A stretch of DNA of 64,000 nt from Cyanobacteria bacterium auto_48_18 (GTDB taxonomy: Bacteria; Cyanobacteriota; Vampirovibrionia; Obscuribacterales; Obscuribacteraceae), in the NCBI GenBank assembly GCA_036170915.1, contig JAVHQC010000022.1, positions 383,420 through 447,419 of the forward strand, written 5' to 3'. The first letter of the stretch is position 1, and each line of letters starts with the position of its first letter. The position numbers and the translations under genes were made by a program. This document shows positions 17,924 to 26,729 of the stretch, piece after piece. Below the pieces are notes generated by a model, which did not search any database, had not been told where the DNA came from, and was given only the letters and a program-made list of their open reading frames with translations.

Positions 17924-18881
17924 AACTGTTAAAAGCAAGACTAACGAATTGAGACTAATCCGGCTGTATGACGCGCCGATTCAGGTCGTTTGGGATGCGT
18001 GGACAGACCCTGCGAAAGCTGCTCAATGGTGGGGACCACGCGGATTTACCATCACCACTCATAGCAAAGATTTGCGCGTCGGTGGGCATTGGCATTACAC
18101 AATGCATGGTCCTGATGGTGTCGACTTTCCGAATAAAACAAAGTATCTGGAGGTAGAAGACTGCGCAAAGTTAGTCTACGACCACGGTGCAAATGATGAT
18201 CGGCCTCCGATGTTTCGTGTCACCGTGCTTTTTTCTGAAAGCAACGGTAAGACAAAGATGGACATGTGCATGACTTTGCCGACGCCAGAAGCGGCCGAAG
18301 CGACTCGCAAATTTGTTAAAAAGGCAGGTGGTAATGCCACGTGGGATCGCCTCGCCGAATATCTGGAGCAGGCCTCGTCTGACAAAGCAATATTTGTCAT
18401 CAACCGCTCATTTGACGCTTCAATCGATACGGTTTTTGAGATGTGGATTAACCCCGATCATTTGTCAAAGTGGTTGCCACCACCCGGATTTGACATGAGA
18501 TGGCTCAAGTGTGACATCAAAACTGGTGGCAACTCTTTCTATTGCATGAGTAACGATGCAGGGATGAAAATGTATGGTCGTTCGCACTATTTAAAAATTG
18601 AAAAACCTCAATGCATTGCATACACGCAACATTTTTGTGACGAGAACGAGAATGTTTCTCGGCATCCCATGGCTCCAACCTGGCCAGCTACAATGCTGAC
18701 CACTATTTGTTTTGCCGAAGAAGGTCCTGAGCAAACCCGCGTCACTATTTCGACCGAATGTTATGGTGATACAACCCCAGAAGAACTTGCGACTTTCGTT
18801 AACGGACGAGGCGGCATGACTATCGGTTGGACAGCTTCATTCGATAAGCTTGAAGAATATTTGGTGACTGCTATCTCGTAG
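17907..18881 (+). CDS. Tandem SRPBCC (AHSA1/START-like) domain protein
   Basis: Two repeats: R.YDAP...VWDAWTDP..AAQWWGP and RSFDA....VFEMW..PDHLSKW, each ending W..DRL/DKL; typical ArsR-SRPBCC operon. Confidence 0.9.
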   Translation: MSAKNETVKSKTNELRLIRLYDAPIQVVWDAWTDPAKAAQWWGPRGFTITTHSKDLRVGGHWHYTMHGPDGVDFPNKTKYLEVEDCAKLVYDHGANDDRPPMFRVTVLFSESNGKTKMDMCMTLPTPEAAEATRKFVKKAGGNATWDRLAEYLEQASSDKAIFVINRSFDASIDTVFEMWINPDHLSKWLPPPGFDMRWLKCDIKTGGNSFYCMSNDAGMKMYGRSHYLKIEKPQCIAYTQHFCDENENVSRHPMAPTWPATMLTTICFAEEGPEQTRVTISTECYGDTTPEELATFVNGRGGMTIGWTASFDKLEEYLVTAIS

Positions 18882-18896
18882 TCAAAGAAATTGAGG

Positions 18897-20282
18897 TTAG
18901 CGCTCGAACAGCAAATTCACTTCTGTAGTGTCTTGCGAAGAATTTGGTGCGGCTGGGTAAGGTTCGGCTGACATGCAAGCATTCAGCGCAGCATTGTCGA
19001 ATGCCTCGTCTCCGCTCGACTGAGCTATTACAAGATGCGCGATGCTTCCGTTGTTTCTGATTCCAACTACCACCTCTGCTTTGCCAGTGCCCTTAACTTT
19101 CCAGGCTGCATGAGCCTTTTGACTAACTGTGACAATCCACGGCTCTAGATTCGGATCAGTAACTTTTGGCGTAGCAGTTTTATATTTGGCCAGGTCTCGC
19201 ATCATTTCGTCTGGGGATGGCTCCTCTATTGACTGGAGCCACTCGTCAGATTGACGCGAATCGGGCTCGATATAAGGCACCACCCAACCGTCTGAGCGAA
19301 ATTTCATTGCTACAGGTGTCTTTGACCATTTGTTTTTTCGCAGTTTGTCAGAAGGCGGCGGCAAAGGCACTGCCGACAACAAGGCTGACAAGACTTTCTG
19401 ATCAAATTCGTCATTTGTTGATGTTTGAAAGATTCGGTAATTGCCAATATTTCCTGTGGAATCTACAAGAAAGCGCACGCTGCATTCAAGCATAGGCCTG
19501 GCAGAAAAAGGTTTGAAATTTTGAATTAACCTGGCAACTAATTTTCTTGTATACGCGTCATAGTCTTCACTTGAGAGGGCGATAAGGCCGAAGGGGTAGT
19601 TGGGATCCACTTCCCGACGTTCCAGTTTTAGTATTGCATCTGGTGGTCGAAACTCATACAGCAGATGCATCGTATTAATGTCTCTTGCTGACAGCGATTT
19701 TTGTTGTCCCAGATATGGATACATAATGTCATGCGGATCCAGGCTGTGCTCGACAAGGCCAAGGGCATGACCGATTTCGTGCAAACAAATGGCGCGCATT
19801 AAGTTGTCTGTCAGAGGCCTTATGCTGCAATTTGTTTTTATGGAAATAACAGCAGAATCCATGTGGTGTGGGCTGGTTTGATAGCTAGTTAGCCCGGCTA
19901 CTGAATGCTTTTCTTTGGGAAATTCTTCAACAAATTGGCAGGTGATATCGACTGGCGGTTCAGTGACATATTTAAACTTGATTTTGGATTTTGAATTGTC
20001 CTCCCATTCGGAAAAACTATTTCGCAGAATTTCTTCAAACTTTGGATTGAAGTTTGGAACGCTTGAGCTTGGCTTGATCAGGACTCTGACAGCCATATCT
20101 CGATCAAACCACCTGAATGGATGGCCTCGGGTGACTTGTTGAAAGTAATCATCTTTAGGAGCCGTATATGTTCGTGTTCTAGGAGACGGACTAACATTTT
20201 CTGCTAAGCAGAAATTTGTCGCAGTTAGTCCACCTGAGGTGAGCACTATAAAAAGCCAGTAGATTTTCCAGGTCTTTATCAA
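18897..20282 (-). CDS. Matrixin (M10-like) zinc metalloprotease fused to two TonB C-terminal-like domains
   Basis: HEIGHALGLVEHS and Met-turn DIMYP; two TonB_C-like repeats (TSTNDEFDQKVL...PLPPP, SSGDEAFDNAAL...PYPAAP); signal peptide. Confidence 0.85.
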   Translation of the reverse strand: MIKTWKIYWLFIVLTSGGLTATNFCLAENVSPSPRTRTYTAPKDDYFQQVTRGHPFRWFDRDMAVRVLIKPSSSVPNFNPKFEEILRNSFSEWEDNSKSKIKFKYVTEPPVDITCQFVEEFPKEKHSVAGLTSYQTSPHHMDSAVISIKTNCSIRPLTDNLMRAICLHEIGHALGLVEHSLDPHDIMYPYLGQQKSLSARDINTMHLLYEFRPPDAILKLERREVDPNYPFGLIALSSEDYDAYTRKLVARLIQNFKPFSARPMLECSVRFLVDSTGNIGNYRIFQTSTNDEFDQKVLSALLSAVPLPPPSDKLRKNKWSKTPVAMKFRSDGWVVPYIEPDSRQSDEWLQSIEEPSPDEMMRDLAKYKTATPKVTDPNLEPWIVTVSQKAHAAWKVKGTGKAEVVVGIRNNGSIAHLVIAQSSGDEAFDNAALNACMSAEPYPAAPNSSQDTTEVNLLFER

Positions 20283-20286
20283 ATAA

Positions 20287-22137
20287 CTAATTCACCTTCG
20301 CTTCTAAACAAGCCCTGACTGCCGGTTTTGACATCAGTTCGTTTAAGGTCAGCGGTGTCTTTTCCACACGAGACAAAATCGCCCCGCAGTAAATCCACTG
20401 CTCCTCGTTGGTTAATCCGAGATTATCGTCAAGCAGCGCAAATTCATTTTGTAAGTCATCAAGTTCTTTAGCATTGTCATTCAGCGGTGGTCTGCGCATG
20501 CGTTGAACGACATCTAGTACCAGCTTGCGCCGCTCATCGAGAGTGCTCTGAAACTTCGGGCCAATATAACTGCTTTTGTCTGCAATCATCTTGGCATAGA
20601 CTTGTTCCAGCCAGCGTTCAAATTCAGAGCTGAAATTCGAAGTTTGCAATATCTTTCGCAAGCTTTCTTCAGTGACTATGCGTGGTGCAGGAGCACCCGG
20701 ATAAACGTAACTGATTGCCTGACCAGCAAGCATTTTGGCAAAGCTGTCATAGTAACCCCAGGTGTTTTCTTGGCCAAGTTGCTGAGATAGTGACGCGTTA
20801 GTTGGCGCCAGGTCTCGCAGCAGTGCGTCTCTAATAACAAATACTTCGTGCGGATTGTCATTGCAGTTGGCGATTGCTTTCAGTTTATTCTGTACGCCGG
20901 CATGTTCACCCTTATCGATCAACAGTCCGACAACAAAACCTGAAGTTGCTTCCACCACAGTATCTCCTGCCACCCAGTAGTGCTCAGATGTGGGTGAGAT
21001 TTTGTCGAAACTGGCTGCCCAGGTGGGGTCACCTGGTATCGGCTGCGCGTAGGCCATAAGTTTAGTATTGTTCCATGGCCAGCTTTTGACTTCGTTGCGC
21101 AATTGATCGCCATAATTTCCTAGAAGTACGGCGCTGACAAATTGACTGCCGAGACCAGCTCCCAGGCTGTGACCGGTGACGTAAATGTGCTCGGGGGCCG
21201 GATATTTTTGCTCAAGATATTTGCAGCATGCGGCAATTGGTCCAAGCATTGTTGGCAGTGCCTCAGCAAATCCTTCGGTCACCTTGCCGACTTTGCTTAT
21301 CAAAGGCTTTTCGGTTTGTTTGCCGCCCCGAAGGTCAGTGATCCAGTCTGGGTTGCCTCGCGCCTCACCAATAAAATCTTGCGCTTTCCAAACTGTTTTG
21401 CTCAGCGCTGAACCGCTGCGGCTGCCGCGAAAGACAATATGAGCGTCATAGCCTGTCGCGGTCTTTTTCATCAGCACAAAGCCCATGGGGCTCCAGGCCG
21501 GTTCAGACTTTCCAGCAATGCCGGTGCCGCCCTCAAAGACAATCAGGTGGTCTTCACCTGTCGGGTATTCGCGAATTTGAAAGCGCTCTACATCGTTATA
21601 AGGATAACCGGTCGGCTGTGAGCGGTAGCGAATGCCTTCCACTGATTTGATGTTGCTGGTTATGTACGCAGGGGCAAGAACAGCTAAAAATCTTTCACCG
21701 TCGCGGTTGAAGGTTGGAAGTTTGACGTCAATCTGCTTGTAGTTCGTCAAAATTGGGTCGAGTTTTGTATTACTGTTTTGCCAGTTTCGCGCCGCATTTG
21801 GACCCGTGTAGAATCCCTGGCCAGTAGGGTTTGGCGCGCTGGCTAGCGTGGCCGCATATTCATGAGTGAAACGGCAGATGTTGTCGCGACGGTCGCTGCC
21901 CACGCGAGACATAATGTCGTACCAGGGGTCTAGTGGCAGGCACAGAGACTGGTGATAGAGCTGATAGGCTAGCGTGCATAAGTCAAGATTAAGAACAGAC
22001 TCAGGCACGGCCTGTCTCGTTGACCTGGTGTCGTCTGCCGCGGCAGGGGAAGTGACACACAGGGCGAGCACTGCCCAAAACACAATGGCAAGACTTTTAT
22101 ATCGCTCAAGCCTGTGCAGATGAATTGTTGTGAACAT
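20287..22137 (-). CDS. Secreted lipase class 3-like alpha/beta hydrolase
   Basis: IVFRGS, DWITDL, YVTGHSLG nucleophile elbow, candidate Asp (GDTV) and His (PHE); signal peptide. Confidence 0.8.
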   Translation of the reverse strand: MFTTIHLHRLERYKSLAIVFWAVLALCVTSPAAADDTRSTRQAVPESVLNLDLCTLAYQLYHQSLCLPLDPWYDIMSRVGSDRRDNICRFTHEYAATLASAPNPTGQGFYTGPNAARNWQNSNTKLDPILTNYKQIDVKLPTFNRDGERFLAVLAPAYITSNIKSVEGIRYRSQPTGYPYNDVERFQIREYPTGEDHLIVFEGGTGIAGKSEPAWSPMGFVLMKKTATGYDAHIVFRGSRSGSALSKTVWKAQDFIGEARGNPDWITDLRGGKQTEKPLISKVGKVTEGFAEALPTMLGPIAACCKYLEQKYPAPEHIYVTGHSLGAGLGSQFVSAVLLGNYGDQLRNEVKSWPWNNTKLMAYAQPIPGDPTWAASFDKISPTSEHYWVAGDTVVEATSGFVVGLLIDKGEHAGVQNKLKAIANCNDNPHEVFVIRDALLRDLAPTNASLSQQLGQENTWGYYDSFAKMLAGQAISYVYPGAPAPRIVTEESLRKILQTSNFSSEFERWLEQVYAKMIADKSSYIGPKFQSTLDERRKLVLDVVQRMRRPPLNDNAKELDDLQNEFALLDDNLGLTNEEQWIYCGAILSRVEKTPLTLNELMSKPAVRACLEAKVN

Positions 22138-22183
22138 CGTAGTCTTCCGTGATTAGAAACAATAATTTAGCAAGCGTTACCAA

Positions 22184-24781
22184 CTAAAAACCCTTTTGCT
22201 TCTCCGCGAATGCCATAGCTACTTTTAGTTTCTCTAGATGTTGATCTACTGTTTTTTGTCCACCGGCAAATTCGTAGCCATCAAAGAAAGCAAAGACTTC
22301 TTTGGCCAGGTCGGCGTCAATCAAACCGGTGACACCTTCAACCAGCCTGGTGATAATCAAGCTGGGGTAGGTTTTGTTAATTTGCTCCCAGTTGCCTTTA
22401 ACAAATTTCCAGCTCACTTGCCTGCCCCGAGGGTTGAGCATAATGTTGCGCACCAGATATGGAGCGTTCTGCCCTTTAACTTCACCGGCAAGAGTTTTGG
22501 CCATTGTTTTTTGCAGCAGTTCTTCTTGCTGGAATTGACCCAGGGCGTACATATAACGCTCTTGCTCTTGTGGCGAGCTGCCGTTCTTGAATAGAGTTTC
22601 AAATTGCTCATAGCGCTTTTGGTCGCCTGTGTGAGCAAGAATTGTCACTACCGAAGAAAGCACATCTGGCGGCAAAATCTTCTCGCCACTCAAGTGCTTG
22701 TCGTATAGCAGGGCCGCTTGCTCTTGAATGGCTGTGTCACCACCAGTAGTGCCGAGAGTCAAAATGGCGATGCCTCTTAGTTGTTTAGTCAGCTCACTTT
22801 CGCCGTCGGTTGCTTCCCAGCCCAGGCGCTTGTAGGTAGGGCCAAGGAGCTCCCTGGCCAGCTCTTTAACTTTCGCATTCTGCTGAGGGTTTGCATCAAA
22901 TATTCTCTCGCAATATTGAAGCGCTGAAACTATGACTGTCCAGACATTTTTGTCTGGTTCATCTTTAAATAGCTTGACCAACTGGAAGAAATCATTCAGC
23001 GCCACGGTGCCATTGATAGTCAGTGCCCACAAATCGCTCACCAGATTAAAGCGCTCCAGTGTACTCAAACTGTTGCCAGCGCCTGTGCTGTCGCTATAGC
23101 TGTTTGCCAGCAGAGTCTTCATGGCAGCAAGCAAGTCGCTACTGTAATCTACGCGATAAAATCCGCTGCCGCCGGCGTTGACGATTACCCATTCAATGGC
23201 ACCACTGCCTATAGTTACTTCTGTCTTTTTCTCTGTTAAAAGCAAACGCTGCTCCACCAGAGTGCTGTCACCTTTCATTTTCGCTTTCAGTAGTATCGGC
23301 ACCTGATAGCATTCTTTAGCATCACCATCAAGATACAAAAATCGTCTCTGGCTGATTGTCAGTTTATTATTTTCACCGGCTAAAGTTACGCTGATGAGCG
23401 GGTAGCCCTCCTGGAAGATCCATGAGTTCATAATTTCTTGCACAGGCTCTTGAGACGCAGAAGCAAGGGCCAGCCAGAGATCGTTAGTTTCAGTATTAGC
23501 GTGTTTGTGCTTATTCAGATAACTGTTGACACCGCTTTTGAATTTCTCGGCACCGATATACTGTTCCAGCATGCGCAATACTGATGCGCCTTTTTCATAA
23601 GTAAGCACATCAAACATGCCATTGGCTTCTTCAGGTGCGCGCACCGGAAATTCAATTGGTCTGGTTGCGCGCAGGCCGTCTGTGGCAAATGCCATGGCGC
23701 GTGATACACCAAAAGTTTCCCATCTTTTCCATTGTGGTTTGAAATTATCTACTGCCACCAGTTCCATAAAAGTAGCAAATGCTTCGTTCAACCAGATGCC
23801 ATTCCACCATTTCATAGTGGTTAGATTGCCGAACCACATGTGCGCGAGTTCATGCGCCACTACGTCGGCAATGCGCTCTAGTTCAGCGTGAGAGGCCTGT
23901 TCTGTGTCAACCAGCAAGGCGCTTTCGCGATAGATAACAGCGCCTAAATTTTCCATGGCACCAAAGGCAAAATCAGGTACTGCGATCATATCCATTTTAT
24001 CGCCTGGATATTTGATGCCATAATATTTGTTGAAAAATGACAGAGCCGCCGCACCAATTTCTAAGGCAAATTTGGTCAAGTGCAGTTTACCCATAGGCGA
24101 GTAAATGCGCATAGGAATGCCATCTACCATCACCGCTTCGCTTGCCTCTAATTTTCCGACAATGAATGCCACTATATAAGTGGACATTTTCATGGTTTCT
24201 TTGAAGGTTATAGTTTTCTTGCCGTAGTCATCGACAGTTTCATTTTCAACGGCAGTATTCGACAGAGCTGTCAAATCTTGGTCGACATACAAAGTTAGCT
24301 TGAATGTGGCCTTGAAAGCCGGTTCATCAAAGCAAGGAAAGGCACGTCTGGCGTCGGTTGCTTCAAATTGCGTCAGCGCTATCCAGCTTTTTTCACCATC
24401 GCTTAGTGTTTGGGCGCTGCGATAAAATCCGCGCAATTTGTCATTTATTTCGCCCGCAAATTGAATATTTAATTGCCAGCTGCCGGCACTCAATTCGGCG
24501 TTGAAAGTTAGAGTCGCTCTCTCGGTCGCAGTGTCAATTTGAGCAACACCCGGCACGATGACGCCGTCTTGTTCGGCCGTGACACTGTCGATGGTGAGAT
24601 CAAGAGCATTGAGCAAAATTGTTTTTGTTGCCGATGCAACGTTGACCTCGATAGTTTCGCTACCGGTAAAAGTGAAAGTCGCAAGATCAGGCTTGAGGCT
24701 AATGGCATAGCGCTCTGGTATCACCACCGACGGAAGGCGATATGACTTTTCTTTTTCCAGCGTGGCTTGATCTTTCGACAT
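22184..24781 (-). CDS. pepN: M1 family alanyl aminopeptidase with ERAP1-like C-terminal domain
   Basis: TQFEATDARRAFPCFDEP, GAMEN, HELAHMWFGN...WLNEAFA, YEKG. Confidence 0.95.
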   Translation of the reverse strand: MSKDQATLEKEKSYRLPSVVIPERYAISLKPDLATFTFTGSETIEVNVASATKTILLNALDLTIDSVTAEQDGVIVPGVAQIDTATERATLTFNAELSAGSWQLNIQFAGEINDKLRGFYRSAQTLSDGEKSWIALTQFEATDARRAFPCFDEPAFKATFKLTLYVDQDLTALSNTAVENETVDDYGKKTITFKETMKMSTYIVAFIVGKLEASEAVMVDGIPMRIYSPMGKLHLTKFALEIGAAALSFFNKYYGIKYPGDKMDMIAVPDFAFGAMENLGAVIYRESALLVDTEQASHAELERIADVVAHELAHMWFGNLTTMKWWNGIWLNEAFATFMELVAVDNFKPQWKRWETFGVSRAMAFATDGLRATRPIEFPVRAPEEANGMFDVLTYEKGASVLRMLEQYIGAEKFKSGVNSYLNKHKHANTETNDLWLALASASQEPVQEIMNSWIFQEGYPLISVTLAGENNKLTISQRRFLYLDGDAKECYQVPILLKAKMKGDSTLVEQRLLLTEKKTEVTIGSGAIEWVIVNAGGSGFYRVDYSSDLLAAMKTLLANSYSDSTGAGNSLSTLERFNLVSDLWALTINGTVALNDFFQLVKLFKDEPDKNVWTVIVSALQYCERIFDANPQQNAKVKELARELLGPTYKRLGWEATDGESELTKQLRGIAILTLGTTGGDTAIQEQAALLYDKHLSGEKILPPDVLSSVVTILAHTGDQKRYEQFETLFKNGSSPQEQERYMYALGQFQQEELLQKTMAKTLAGEVKGQNAPYLVRNIMLNPRGRQVSWKFVKGNWEQINKTYPSLIITRLVEGVTGLIDADLAKEVFAFFDGYEFAGGQKTVDQHLEKLKVAMAFAEKQKGF

Positions 24782-24878
24782 TTAAACAGTTCTCCCTCAA
24801 TAGCGGAAGGCATGATATCACGCCGTTTTAGCTATCGAGGGAGAACCTTGAATTATTTGATTGAAAAAGGCGAGTTAA

Positions 24879-25322
24879 TTAAATACCCAGATATCTGCGC
24901 ACTTGTGTGAATACGCCTGGGTTGTTGGTGTGAACATAATCTAGAAATTCTGGATTGTTGTAAGTTCTCCAGCTGTAGTCGCCGTAGTAGTTATTGTGGT
25001 GATAAGAATTCCACTGAGCTCTGAGCTGGTCATTCATGGCCTTGCGCTCGGCTTTGGACAAACGAGCTGAAGAGTAGCGGTTCCAGTGGTTGGCAAGGTA
25101 AGCTTTTTGCTCGTTCCAATCTGATGGATAAGCGGCGAGATGGTGGCGCTTGTATGCTTCTTTAAGTTCTTTGCGTTGCCAATGCTTCATTTGACCGCGT
25201 TTATAGCCATAGTGGTCATAATCGCGGTGATCCCAGTCGTCATGATCGGCCATTGCCGGAGCAATTGCTCCACCAAACACCAATACTGTGGCAATCAATT
25301 TGATAGTTACTTTGTACAACAT
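24879..25322 (-). CDS. Secreted His/Asp-rich protein, paralog 1 of 3
   Basis: Signal peptide ending PAMA, mature start DHDD, C-terminus YNNPEFLDYVHTNNPGVFTQVRRYLGI. Confidence 0.85.
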   Translation of the reverse strand: MLYKVTIKLIATVLVFGGAIAPAMADHDDWDHRDYDHYGYKRGQMKHWQRKELKEAYKRHHLAAYPSDWNEQKAYLANHWNRYSSARLSKAERKAMNDQLRAQWNSYHHNNYYGDYSWRTYNNPEFLDYVHTNNPGVFTQVRRYLGI

Positions 25323-25423
25323 GTTTACTCCAGAGAAGTTTGAAATAATTGAGTTTCAAAGCGTTAGCCGAAATTGTCTGGTTATTCTAACCTGCACAGT
25401 CAAATACTTAATTGCCGCACCAA

Positions 25424-25458
25424 AATCCCTCAATGATGCATTCGATCATTGAGGGATT
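25424..25458 (-). terminator. Rho-independent terminator after paralog 2
   Basis: 14-bp perfect stem AATCCCTCAATGAT / ATCATTGAGGGATT, 7-nt loop, short T run on the minus strand. Confidence 0.75.
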
Positions 25459-25502
25459 ACTGACTTTGACCGCTGGGCGATCAATTTCTATTATGCGGTG
25501 AA

Positions 25503-25943
25503 CTAAAATCCTAGATACGAGCGCACTTGCGTGAACGTACTAGGATTGTTGTTGTGCATATAGTCTAAGAACTGCGGATTGTTATAAGTGTTCCAATTGT
25601 AGGAGCCATGATAGTTCGGATTGAATGAGCTGTATTGGGTGCGCATTTGTTGTTCAAGAGCTCGGCGTTGAGCGGCGGAATAACTGTTATTGCGGTGACT
25701 CCAATTTCTGGAATAAAACGATCTTTGACTATTCCAATCGCTGGGAAAATTATTGTTGTTGTTACGGGCAGCGCGTCTCATTTGTTGTTTGTATTTTTGT
25801 TTATGCCAGCCGCGGTGATTGCCATTGCCATTGCCATTGTTCCAACGGCGATCATCATCATCGTGGTCGGCCATTGCTGGTGTAATTGATGCTGCAAGCA
25901 TAATTACGCTGGCGAATATCTTCAGTGTTCCAAATTTAGACAT
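25503..25943 (-). CDS. Secreted His/Asp/Asn-rich protein, paralog 2 of 3
   Basis: MSKFGTLK...PAMA|DHDDDD; C-terminus YNNPQFLDYMHNNNPSTFTQVRSYLGF; SD GGAGG. Confidence 0.85.
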   Translation of the reverse strand: MSKFGTLKIFASVIMLAASITPAMADHDDDDRRWNNGNGNGNHRGWHKQKYKQQMRRAARNNNNNFPSDWNSQRSFYSRNWSHRNNSYSAAQRRALEQQMRTQYSSFNPNYHGSYNWNTYNNPQFLDYMHNNNPSTFTQVRSYLGF

Positions 25944-26011
25944 GTGTCCTCCAGATAGTTACTTAGTTGTCAAACGAGTGGTCGATTTGATGTTTTGGTT
26001 GTTATGTTTTT

Positions 26012-26037
26012 GACGGCAGTCCAGACAGTAAGGTTCC
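26012..26037 (-). promoter_or_regulatory. ECF-sigma-like promoter upstream of paralog 2
   Basis: Minus strand GGAAC-N17-CGTC; the same motif lies upstream of paralog 3. Confidence 0.6.
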
Positions 26038-26068
26038 TGTCGGCACTGCTTGTGAAAAATTAAAAATC

Positions 26069-26512
26069 TTAATTGCTGATGTAGCGCCTTACTTGCGTGA
26101 ACAGGTTCGGATTATTAGTGTGCACATAGTCAAAGAATTCCGGATTGTTGTAAGTGTTCCAGTCATATGAGCCCGTGTAAGTGTTTTTGTGATAGGCATT
26201 CCAGGAATTTTTCATTTCTAGCTCAAGCGCTGCGCTGTCTGCGGCCGCGAAACTAGGATTGCGATGACCCCAGTTGTTAGAGAAATAAACTCTCTGACCG
26301 TTCCAGTCGTGTGGATAGACTGTTGTGGTGGTGACAGTGCCGTTGGATTGTTGCATGCGTGCTTGTTTATGCCAAAAGTGTTTACTGTGGCGGCGCTCGT
26401 GATGGTCGCGATGATCATTGTCGTCATGGTCATGATCGGCCATGGCGGGTGTGACAGAGGCGGCAAGCACCAGAGCTGCAGCAACCATCTTCAATGTTTC
26501 AAATTTAGACAT
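26069..26512 (-). CDS. Secreted His-rich protein, paralog 3 of 3
   Basis: MSKFETLK...PAMA|DHDHDDNDHRDHH; C-terminus YNNPEFFDYVHTNNPNLFTQVRRYISN. Confidence 0.85.
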   Translation of the reverse strand: MSKFETLKMVAAALVLAASVTPAMADHDHDDNDHRDHHERRHSKHFWHKQARMQQSNGTVTTTTVYPHDWNGQRVYFSNNWGHRNPSFAAADSAALELEMKNSWNAYHKNTYTGSYDWNTYNNPEFFDYVHTNNPNLFTQVRRYISN

Positions 26513-26584
26513 GTAATCTCCAACGTGAATTAACAGTTGTCAAACTATCCGCTTGCGCGGTATTTGCTTTATGTTTTGCACGCC

Positions 26585-26609
26585 GACGGCCCATACGCTC
26601 GAACGTTCC
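26585..26609 (-). promoter_or_regulatory. ECF-sigma-like promoter upstream of paralog 3
   Basis: Minus strand GGAAC-N16-CGTC, followed by leader blocks AAAACATAA and GTTTGACAACT shared with paralog 2. Confidence 0.6.
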
Positions 26610-26729
26610 GTAAACTTTGATGTCTCTGCCGCGAAGATAACCTTTAAGGCTTAAAGCAATAAAGGGCTTAAAGCGTTAGCATAGAGGCCGCGTATATTCG
26701 TCTTTAATCAGTCAGGAGCTAGTAAAGCT

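Noticed and set aside
25944..26640. Riboswitch (for example c-di-GMP) in the leaders of the triplet genes
   Set aside because: The shared blocks are short and fit promoter elements; I found no conserved aptamer stems.
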